A model generated the notes under the pieces. That model was given only the letters and a program-made list of their open reading frames with translations. It had not been told where the DNA came from and searched no databases. Below, in pieces: positions 8,844-16,140 of a stretch of 64,000 bases of DNA. The stretch spans positions 74,748 to 138,747 of the forward strand of contig OZ242278.1 of NCBI GenBank assembly GCA_965207475.1, written 5' to 3'. Made by a program: the position numbers and the translations under genes. Source of the DNA: Gammaproteobacteria bacterium (GTDB lineage Bacteria; Pseudomonadota; Gammaproteobacteria; UBA4575). Within the stretch, counting starts at the first letter, position 1. Every line of letters starts with the position of its first letter.

Positions 8844-9920
8844 TTGAAAGCCTGTGGCTATTCTGTGGCTGTTGTTGACGGGTTTTGCGACATGGATACA
8901 TGTTCAGTTGCTGATGCCAGTCTAAAAGTGTCACGAAAAACATCAGGCCTGGATAGTAGTGAAACTCTCGAGGCTGTGCAGAATTTGCGTGACACGTACC
9001 ACCTGAAAGGTTTGTTTTACGATGCTGCCTTGGAGTTTGATCCCGACATGCTGGATGCTGTCTCATTTGACAAGGTCATGGGTAATTCAAGTGCTACTCT
9101 GCGAATGTGCAAAGATCCAGAAGTATTTTTTTCGGTACTTGATGCAAACCAAATTCCGTATCCAGAGATCAGTTTCAAGCCTGTACAGGGTGACGAAGAG
9201 CAATGGTTGTGCAAAAGGTCAAGGAGTGCAGGTGGTACTGGTGTCACTACATTGACTGGCCCTCAGGTACAGGACCAAGGATCTTACTATCAGCGGAAAT
9301 TAGAGGGCGTGCCTTTTTCATTGACATTCTTGTCTAATGGTCAAAACCTGCATGCATTGGGATTCAATACCTTGTGGTGCAGGGATGCCGCGCCCGGTAT
9401 GCCTTTCCTATACGAAGGGGCAATCAATCACGTCAATCTTACAGATGAACAACGACTCGCCGCTTTGGGTTATGCAACCAGCTTGGTTCATGAGTTTGAG
9501 TTGGTCGGATTAAACAGTATCGATTTTATTCTTTCAAATGGACATGTTTTCGTGCTTGAAGTAAATCCACGTATTCCTGCGACCTTTGAATTATATGAGA
9601 CCAGACAGGGTAGCCTGATAAGAAATCACATAGATGCTTGTGTGCATGCTAGACTCAACCCGGCACCGGGAAGAACAAAGTTGCATGCACATATTATCGT
9701 TTATTCTCCAGCCACAATGTGTGTCCCGAGCAGCTTTAACTGGCCATTATGGACAGCGGATCGGCCTCATCCAGGGGAAGTCATCCGTAAAAATGAACCT
9801 CTATGCAGTGTATTTGCTGGAGGTAAAAATGTGTCTCAGGCATGTACTGCAGTGTGGTCGCGCAAGCAAGTCATTTTGGACATGCTCATGCAGGCAGGAT
9901 CGAAATCTTTTAAATCTTGA
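8844..9920 (+). CDS. ATP-grasp protein of the H4MPT/methanofuran island; the start is probably upstream at a non-canonical codon (see finding)
   Basis: ATP-grasp C-terminal pattern 'GLNSIDFILSNGHVFVLEVNPRIPATFELYE'. The first ATG/GTG/TTG is TTG 8844, but a conserved-looking N-terminus is encoded from 8799. Confidence 0.75.
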   Translation: MKACGYSVAVVDGFCDMDTCSVADASLKVSRKTSGLDSSETLEAVQNLRDTYHLKGLFYDAALEFDPDMLDAVSFDKVMGNSSATLRMCKDPEVFFSVLDANQIPYPEISFKPVQGDEEQWLCKRSRSAGGTGVTTLTGPQVQDQGSYYQRKLEGVPFSLTFLSNGQNLHALGFNTLWCRDAAPGMPFLYEGAINHVNLTDEQRLAALGYATSLVHEFELVGLNSIDFILSNGHVFVLEVNPRIPATFELYETRQGSLIRNHIDACVHARLNPAPGRTKLHAHIIVYSPATMCVPSSFNWPLWTADRPHPGEVIRKNEPLCSVFAGGKNVSQACTAVWSRKQVILDMLMQAGSKSFKS

Positions 9921-9931
9921 AAAGAGAACTG

Positions 9932-10885
9932 ATGATGCAAAATGTAAGTATAAATCGGTTAGTAAAGCCGTTAGTTCAGGAACTGATAGACAAGAACAGC
10001 GCTTTGAGAGTTGAGGTAGGTGAATTCAGTAATGGTGCAAAATTCATCGACGCAGGAATAGGCTGCATCGGTGGTCTTGAAGCTGGCCGGGTCATAGGAG
10101 AAATTTGTATGGGAGGACTGGGAACGATAACACTGTATCATGCGACAGCTGTGAGTGACTGGCCACTTTCCCTTCATGTTCATTCATCCAATCCTGTCCT
10201 AGCATGTTTGGCAAGCCAGTATGCTGGCTGGAGCTTATCGTATGAAGAATTTCATGCTCTGGGTTCTGGGCCGGGCCGGGCAATTGCGCGTAAAGAGTCC
10301 CTATTTGATGATTTAGGTTATGAAGATACTTGCGACAGTGCAACATTTGTGCTTGAAGTGGACCGGGCTCCTCCGGTGGCGCTCATTGACCGAATTGCCG
10401 AAACATGCAAGCTGGTGCCAGAAGCGTTGACATTTATTCTAACACCTACCAGGTCCATTGCAGGAACCGTGCAGATTGTTTCCAGAGTGCTGGAAGTTGC
10501 TATGCACAAGGTTCATGTGTTGGGGTTTCCTCTTGACGATATCATGGACGGCTCTGCAAGCGCACCACTATCTCCACCAGCACCTGATTTTGTAAAAGCT
10601 ATGGAACGTACCAATACGACTATTCTGTTTGCCGGTAGAGTGCATCTATTTGTTCGTGGAGATGATGCAAGTGCTGAAAAACTTGCCAAGGAGCTTCCAT
10701 CCAGCTCATCTGCTGATTACGGCAAGCCCTTTGCAGGTATACTTGAAGACTGTGGATATGACTTTTTCAAAATTGATCCAATGTTGTTCAGCCCTGCATG
10801 GGTGGCAGTTACATCAGTTGAAAGTGGTCGAACCTTCCAAGGTGGTCAACTGGCCCCAGACTTGCTAGCAGATTCGTTCTCCTGA
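9932..10885 (+). CDS. mch: Methenyl-tetrahydromethanopterin cyclohydrolase
   Basis: About 317 aa from ATG 9932 (MMQNVSINRLVKPLVQEL...). Length and position next to mtdB fit Mch. The ORF track begins at TTG 9917, overlapping the previous stop. Confidence 0.85.
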   Translation: MMQNVSINRLVKPLVQELIDKNSALRVEVGEFSNGAKFIDAGIGCIGGLEAGRVIGEICMGGLGTITLYHATAVSDWPLSLHVHSSNPVLACLASQYAGWSLSYEEFHALGSGPGRAIARKESLFDDLGYEDTCDSATFVLEVDRAPPVALIDRIAETCKLVPEALTFILTPTRSIAGTVQIVSRVLEVAMHKVHVLGFPLDDIMDGSASAPLSPPAPDFVKAMERTNTTILFAGRVHLFVRGDDASAEKLAKELPSSSSADYGKPFAGILEDCGYDFFKIDPMLFSPAWVAVTSVESGRTFQGGQLAPDLLADSFS

Positions 10886-10888
10886 ACC

Positions 10889-11815
10889 ATGTCGCGTCAT
10901 ATCGCCATCATCACCGATGATCCTGGTTGGCATGGGCAGCAGTTGCGAAAGGCTTTTAATGCCAAAGGCTATCGCTGTACCAATGTTTCATTGAAGAGTT
11001 GTCATTTAGACACAGCACTGAAACCTTACGGTTTGTGTATTCCTGGATTTGAAGGATCTTTACCTTCCGGCGTATTTGTCCGAGGTGTACCCGGCGGCAC
11101 CTTGGAAGAAGTTGTGTTTTATCTGGACATATTGCATGCAATGCGCGAACTCAATGTATTTGTATATAACGAAGTACGTGCAATAGAACGGAGCGTCGAT
11201 AAAGGAATGACGAGTTTTCTGCTTAGTCAAGCAGGAATTTCTACACCTCCTACATGGGTAGGCAACAACATTCATGATGCATATGCCTTTATTCGAAAAC
11301 AGTTAGGATCAGGGCATAAGGTAGTTTTGAAGCCTCTATTTGGTTCACAGGGTAAAAATTTGCAACTGATTACTGGGCATAGTGATTTTGCAGATTTTAC
11401 TCTTTACAACAACCTGTTTTATTTGCAGAGATATATAGAAACTGGTTCAGAAGGTGCTCATGATTGGAGGTTGCTCGTCATAGGGGAACGAGTAGTTGCA
11501 ATGATGAAAAGACAGGGAAGCGGCTGGATTTCCAATGTAGCAACAGGCGGAAAATGTATTCCTGCAGTCTTGGATGAGAAGTTTACAGGGCTGGCGAAGA
11601 GTGCTGTAAAGGCAGTCGATATGCATTATGGTGGTGTGGATGTTATGCGTGGTGACTGCGGAACTCTCTGGGTAACTGAAGTAAACAGCATTCCAGCATG
11701 GAAAGGTCTGCAAAGTGTGAGCCAGATAGATGTTTCGGAGATGCTGGTTGAGCATTTCCTGTGCAGTCTGCAGCAATATTCTGATTTCACGTGCTCAGAC
11801 AAGATTGGAGGTTGA
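10889..11815 (+). CDS. RimK-type ATP-grasp ligase (tetrahydromethanopterin:alpha-L-glutamate ligase-like)
   Basis: 308 aa. N-terminus MSRHIAIITDDPGWHG, plus 'VVLKPLFGSQGKNL' and 'GVDVM....LWVTEVNSIPAWKG', typical of the RimK family. Starts 3 nt after mch. Confidence 0.8.
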   Translation: MSRHIAIITDDPGWHGQQLRKAFNAKGYRCTNVSLKSCHLDTALKPYGLCIPGFEGSLPSGVFVRGVPGGTLEEVVFYLDILHAMRELNVFVYNEVRAIERSVDKGMTSFLLSQAGISTPPTWVGNNIHDAYAFIRKQLGSGHKVVLKPLFGSQGKNLQLITGHSDFADFTLYNNLFYLQRYIETGSEGAHDWRLLVIGERVVAMMKRQGSGWISNVATGGKCIPAVLDEKFTGLAKSAVKAVDMHYGGVDVMRGDCGTLWVTEVNSIPAWKGLQSVSQIDVSEMLVEHFLCSLQQYSDFTCSDKIGG

Positions 11816-11831
11816 GAAGGGATTGCACATA

Positions 11832-11839
11832 TAAAATAA
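11832..11839. repeat. Target-site duplication, left copy (TAAAATAA)
   Basis: Identical octamer lies immediately outside both IRs (second copy at 16141-16148). Confidence 0.85.
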
Positions 11840-11864
11840 GGGGCTTATATACAAAAGTTACCGG
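11840..11864. repeat. Terminal inverted repeat (transposase 3'-proximal end): GGGGCTTATATACAAAAGTTACCGG
   Basis: 24/25 match to the reverse complement of 16116-16140. The transposase stop codon abuts it. Confidence 0.9.
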
Positions 11865-12794
11865 CTACTTAGTTAAGTCCCTATACTTCAATCGCTTGCC
11901 TTCCATGCCCCTAACAACTCTAGCCATTTGGTCAGGAGTATCCAGTTCCCTGATGTTATAGCGACCAGCAAATTCCTGGACGTAACGGTTCAGGTGCTTT
12001 TCTGACACATGGTGATAAGTACCGTGGTAGCCTCTTTTAAATATTGCCCAGAAAGATTCAATTCCATTTGTGTGTGCCTGGTCTCTCACGTACTCAGAAA
12101 CAGAATGCTTGACGGCTGTGTGTCGGTACTTCTTCTTCAGTGTCCTGTAACCACGATGGTCGTCAGTATAGACAGTTGATTCTTCCTGTACTGACTTCTC
12201 CACAAACTCACCAAGTGTTTTGCTATTTACCTTGTTGATGGGTTGAGCCACGATCTTGCCATTACGCTGTTTGGCTCCAACAACCGGATGCTTGTCCACT
12301 GGCCCACGACCGATTTTCTTGCGCTTGCTGGCATGCTTGTTCTTATCCTTTCCACCGATGTAGGTTTCATCAATTTCAACAACACCTTGAAGTTTCAAAT
12401 TACCAATGTCGAAAGCCTCACGGATGCGCTGTAGCATGAACCAGGCAGATTTTTGTGTGATGCCAAGTTCCCTGTGCAGCTTCAAGCTGCTGACACCTTT
12501 CAATCCGGTTGTAGCCATGTAGATCGCGATGGCCCAGTGCTGTAGCTTAATCTTGCTGCCTTCCATGATTGAGTCTTTACGGACACTGAAGAACTGCCTG
12601 CAATCCTTACAACGATACTTCATTGTTTTGTGCGTGGTATGGGTGTGATTGGCAGAACCACAATCAGGACAGACTGGGCCATCCGGCCAGCGTTCCTGCT
12701 CAAGCCACCGTTCTGCTGCATTATCGTCAGGGAACCTTTCTAGTAACTCAAAGATTGTCAGACCCTTGCGATATGATTTACCCGGACCAGCCAT
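11865..12794 (-). CDS. IS1595-family transposase (zinc-ribbon + DDE)
   Basis: 309 aa. N-terminal zinc ribbon CPDCGS...CKDCRQFF, a helix-turn-helix region, and the motifs IDETYIGG, VYTDDHRGY and HTNGIESFWAIFKRG. Appears intact. Confidence 0.9.
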   Translation of the reverse strand: MAGPGKSYRKGLTIFELLERFPDDNAAERWLEQERWPDGPVCPDCGSANHTHTTHKTMKYRCKDCRQFFSVRKDSIMEGSKIKLQHWAIAIYMATTGLKGVSSLKLHRELGITQKSAWFMLQRIREAFDIGNLKLQGVVEIDETYIGGKDKNKHASKRKKIGRGPVDKHPVVGAKQRNGKIVAQPINKVNSKTLGEFVEKSVQEESTVYTDDHRGYRTLKKKYRHTAVKHSVSEYVRDQAHTNGIESFWAIFKRGYHGTYHHVSEKHLNRYVQEFAGRYNIRELDTPDQMARVVRGMEGKRLKYRDLTK

Positions 12795-12821
12795 TTTCTT
12801 TCCTCTGTTTGGTTATAGTAG

Positions 12822-12834
12822 GGTAACTATAGTA
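12822..12834. repeat. Internal IR-like half-site (GGTAACTATAGTA) upstream of the transposase start
   Basis: 12/13 match to the inner part of the right IR (16118-16130, GGTAACTATTGTA). The outer tip is not conserved. Confidence 0.4.
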
Positions 12835-13182
12835 CCTGAAATAAAACCAGAGGTAAACAAATTTTATTATAGTATCAGATTATTTTATGGAATAATTATC
12901 TCCTCACTCAAGTGAGGCACTTCCCACATTATTTTCCTGCGTTTAAGAAAGTACTTGTCATTGAATGACTAGCTGAATTACAATTCCGCTTGTCAACTCT
13001 ACTAAGACCCCGAAGCCGGGTTATCTGCCGAATGCAATACCATTCGAGCATGGTAAATAGGCTAAATTTTCTTTGTTCTGTGGAAACAGGCAGAGACTCC
13101 ACTTTCTTAGTAGACGTTGACAAATGGCCCGGCACCTATGGCGTGCCGGAAAGTTGATGTCTACTTGAAGAGGGAGTGTGAA

Positions 13183-15162
13183 ATGAAGCCTATTTCTATT
13201 CTTATAATCTTGCTGTTTGCCTTCACGTTGGCTGCGTGTGGAGGTGGGGGAAGCAGCGGTCCTGCACCGATGGCACCAGAAGAACCGATGGAGCCTATGG
13301 AGCCGGAACCTACCCCTGAAGAACAGGCTGCAGCAGACGCTGCGATGAAGGCTGCAAATGATGCGGCAACTACTGCAAATGCAGCAGCTATGGCAGCAAT
13401 GGATGCCGTAAATGCCGCTACTCTGGCAGACTCTATGGCAGCAAGTGATGCTGCAACCGCTGCAACAGCAGCCGCCCAAGCTGCAACAGCAGCCGCAACA
13501 GCGGTGATGGCTGGTGACATGGCAACAGTGGATGCCGCCAATGCCGCAGCAATGGCCGCTAATGATGCTGCAGATGCTGCAAACATGGCTGCGTCGGACC
13601 TGAACATGGCGGAAGCAGATGCTCAAGCAGAAGCGGAACGAATGGCCGCAGCCGAGCAAGCCCGTATCATGGGTCTGACTGCAGCAATTGCTGACCCGGA
13701 TGGTGACGGTATGGTTCCTGAATCAGGTGAATTACATCACAGGAATCGACCAAGTGCAGCAATCACATTCGATGATGACATGATTGTAGTGGGTGGCGAC
13801 ACGCTTCGGAAAAATGACACCAACATCAAAAATGACTACGAGTTTGGCAATACGCCTGCTGCTGCAGAGATCGAGTTGCCAGGCTTTGATGGAGCAGTCT
13901 ATCGGCGCACCACCGAAAAGGGTGCCATGGATACAGTGACAGTCTACACAGATGTTGAAGAAGCTGGTGATGTACTGTTCAACGATTTTTTCATCGCAAC
14001 AGGAGATGATGGGGCACAAACTGATGATGCCGATGGCTTCACAGTAACCGACGTTACCGATGCTCAACAAACTGCAGCGGGAGAGGATGGGGAAACCCAG
14101 TACGACATGATCACCTTTGCAGCCAATGTAAGTCCAGCTGCCAAACATATCATGAGTTCCAGAATTCCAACTACACCAGGAACAAATGTAATAGAGCCTA
14201 CGGTATCAAGAGGCACGGGTACAGGTGGTGCAGACGAACTCATTTATGTATTTACCGGGAGTTTTTACGGAGTATCTGGAACATTCAGATGTGCTAGTGC
14301 TTGCGTAATCACCTTGGGTAGTGGTGAAGATGACGTCTTTACAGTGGTTGATGGTGTCTCTGGCACTCCTGGCCCTGTTGTACTGACTTTCCGACCTGAA
14401 AACACAGTTAATGATACCGAGGATCAACTCGTAGTTGCTGGCGTCACTAAGGATGATGACTACATGGCATTCGGATACTGGATGCAGACCAGTGGAAGCG
14501 GTGACAATATGAAATATGGTGTAGGCGTTTTCGAAGATGGAGCCATGCCGTATGGCGGTGCTACTGCGAGCACGGAAATTCAACAACTGACTGGCAAGGC
14601 CACGTATGATGGCTCTGCCACTGGAATGTATGCCAGGAAAGAACTCACTGTACAGGATGGTAGAGCCGTAGTGGGGAATCCAGTGGATGCAGGTCAGTTT
14701 TCTGCGGATGTAAGCCTGACCGCTTATTTCAATAATGTGATAACAGTCGCTGACGCAACCGTCGCAAACATTGATTCCATTTCCAACGCCCAAAGGTTCT
14801 CCATCAGTGGCACAGTAGACAACTTCCAAGATGCCAGCGGGGATATGATTGATTCAGGCTGGTCGGTCAATCTCGGCAAGGCCAGCTTCGCTACATTTGC
14901 TAATGATGGAACTATTAGTGCCGCCACGAACAGTTTTTCTGGCAGTACCGGAAGTGGAAGCATGGTGGGTGAATGGGAAGGCACATTTTATGGCGATGCA
15001 GCAGACAAGGTCGCAGCTGACTTTACCGACATAACCGGGGGTCAGACTGCTGCACAACAAGCAGCAACTGCAAATGCCACCAACTACCCAACGAGTGTCG
15101 CTGGTGAATTCACCGGCCACTTTACAAACGGTCACGTAATCGGCGCGTTTGGCGCAAAGTGA
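13183..15162 (+). CDS. TbpB-like surface lipoprotein with an Ala/Met-rich low-complexity N-terminal region (IS passenger)
   Basis: GGGAG lies upstream of ATG 13183. Signal peptide with lipobox (MKPISILIILLFAFTLAAC) followed by GGGGSSG. C-terminal barrel-type motifs DYMAFGYW, GKATYDGSATGMYA, GEWEGTFYGDAA, VAGEFTGHF and VIGAFGAK. The ORF track starts at TTG 13117. Confidence 0.8.
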   Translation: MKPISILIILLFAFTLAACGGGGSSGPAPMAPEEPMEPMEPEPTPEEQAAADAAMKAANDAATTANAAAMAAMDAVNAATLADSMAASDAATAATAAAQAATAAATAVMAGDMATVDAANAAAMAANDAADAANMAASDLNMAEADAQAEAERMAAAEQARIMGLTAAIADPDGDGMVPESGELHHRNRPSAAITFDDDMIVVGGDTLRKNDTNIKNDYEFGNTPAAAEIELPGFDGAVYRRTTEKGAMDTVTVYTDVEEAGDVLFNDFFIATGDDGAQTDDADGFTVTDVTDAQQTAAGEDGETQYDMITFAANVSPAAKHIMSSRIPTTPGTNVIEPTVSRGTGTGGADELIYVFTGSFYGVSGTFRCASACVITLGSGEDDVFTVVDGVSGTPGPVVLTFRPENTVNDTEDQLVVAGVTKDDDYMAFGYWMQTSGSGDNMKYGVGVFEDGAMPYGGATASTEIQQLTGKATYDGSATGMYARKELTVQDGRAVVGNPVDAGQFSADVSLTAYFNNVITVADATVANIDSISNAQRFSISGTVDNFQDASGDMIDSGWSVNLGKASFATFANDGTISAATNSFSGSTGSGSMVGEWEGTFYGDAADKVAADFTDITGGQTAAQQAATANATNYPTSVAGEFTGHFTNGHVIGAFGAK

Positions 15163-15378
15163 CTAAATGAACACCAGCCCGGTTCGTATGATTTTCCGGG
15201 TTGCTGTGCTCTCAAGAGACTAGACATCGCTTGAGGCTCCAGTCGTACCAGCCAGAACTAACACTGACTGGTACGACATTTACATAGGAACAGGGGCATT
15301 TGTTGAATTTGCTAAATCCTGCCTTTGCCCCTTCATCGTGAGAAACAACCCCCACGAAAGTTGGTTCTCACACCACGG

Positions 15379-15404
15379 CCAAGCCCCTTCGGGGGCTTGG
15401 TTTT
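15379..15404 (+). terminator. Rho-independent terminator downstream of the lipoprotein gene
   Basis: CCAAGCCCC-TTCG-GGGGCTTGG (9-bp GC-rich stem) followed by TTTT. Confidence 0.7.
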
Positions 15405-15466
15405 CTTGCAGTTTACATGCTGTAACCAGAGAGCAATCCGTTTACTATTTTTATGGAGTATATTGA

Positions 15467-15766
15467 ATGGCCGTTTCCGATAGAAAGAAAGTCATTATCA
15501 GAACCAATATCTTAACCTTGATGTTGCTCGCTTATACTGCAGTACTGATAGTATTCTTGGTATTAGTTTGGTGTACCGAAATGTCAACAGGAGATGTGTG
15601 GAACTGTGTAGAAGCCCCGCTGATGGCCCTCATTGGAGGAACACTTGCAATCTCGAAAGATCTTGTTAGTCCTGATGAATCAGATCCCAACCAAGAGGGA
15701 AATAATGGAATAACTCCAAGCCCCCAACCCAACCAACAAGGGAGCACCAATAATCCCAATCCATAG
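15467..15766 (+). CDS. Small two-helix membrane protein with a Pro/Asn/Gln-rich tail (IS passenger), no recognisable family
   Basis: 99 aa. GGAG lies 8 nt upstream of the ATG. Hydrophobic stretches ILTLMLLAYTAVLIVFLVLVW and APLMALIGGTLAI. Tail PNQEGNNGITPSPQPNQQGSTNNPNP. Confidence 0.5.
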   Translation: MAVSDRKKVIIRTNILTLMLLAYTAVLIVFLVLVWCTEMSTGDVWNCVEAPLMALIGGTLAISKDLVSPDESDPNQEGNNGITPSPQPNQQGSTNNPNP

Positions 15767-15970
15767 GAGAATTAAATCTATATCTTCACTCATCTTCATT
15801 CACCTCGCCAATTCACATTCGATGTTTTATTGTCTATTGGTATATTATAGTTTACTAATATTCTGCTTGGCTACAGCTTCCAGTTGGTAGAATAATCTCC
15901 CAAATAATCTTGTTTAGATTTCTACATTAGGTAGGTAGTATAAGGAAAGTAGCCTGCATGGAATCTAGAC

Positions 15971-16099
15971 ATGAAGAAAGCTAAACGTGGCCGTCCTGAG
16001 ACCCGCAAGATAAAGATTGAAGCTAGTCCTGAATATGCTGTGAAGGCAATCTTCGCAGCAGGGAAACTACCTAAGAAAACGAAGCAGAAGAAGGACTAG
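15971..16099 (+). CDS. Candidate 42-aa basic small ORF next to the right IR
   Basis: ATG 15971 to TAG 16097-16099 translates to MKKAKRGRPETRKIKIEASPEYAVKAIFAAGKLPKKTKQKKD. It is below the ORF-track size cutoff and has a weak RBS. Confidence 0.25.
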   Translation: MKKAKRGRPETRKIKIEASPEYAVKAIFAAGKLPKKTKQKKD

Positions 16100-16115
16100 G
16101 TATGCCGGGTGCCGT

Positions 16116-16140
16116 CCGGTAACTATTGTATATAAGCCCC
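16116..16140. repeat. Terminal inverted repeat (distal end): CCGGTAACTATTGTATATAAGCCCC
   Basis: Its reverse complement matches 11840-11864 at 24/25 positions. Confidence 0.9.

Larger units (their letters stand above)
11840..16140. mobile_element. IS1595-family element with passenger genes (4301 bp), bounded by 25-bp IRs and an 8-bp target-site duplication
   Basis: Left IR 11840-11864 matches the reverse complement of 16116-16140 at 24/25 positions. The identical octamer TAAAATAA flanks both ends. The single transposase inside is of the IS1595 family. Confidence 0.85.

Noticed and set aside
13021-13659. A 212-aa Cys-rich ORF and a 148-aa Ala-rich ORF (13161-13607) on the minus strand, inside the lipoprotein gene.
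   Set aside because: They are mirror-image artefacts of the reiterated GCW GCW (Ala) codons on the plus strand, whose reverse complement gives TGC/AGC or GCN runs. They have no RBS and no signal, and the plus-strand frame has a clear lipobox and family motifs.
11840-16140. Alternative explanation: a composite transposon made of two IS copies, one largely deleted.
   Set aside because: Beyond the 25-bp IR, the sequence inside the right end (ACGGCACCCGGCATACC...) shows no similarity to the sequence inside the left end (the transposase 3' region). The right end is therefore not a remnant of a second inverted copy of the same end. A single element with internal cargo fits better.
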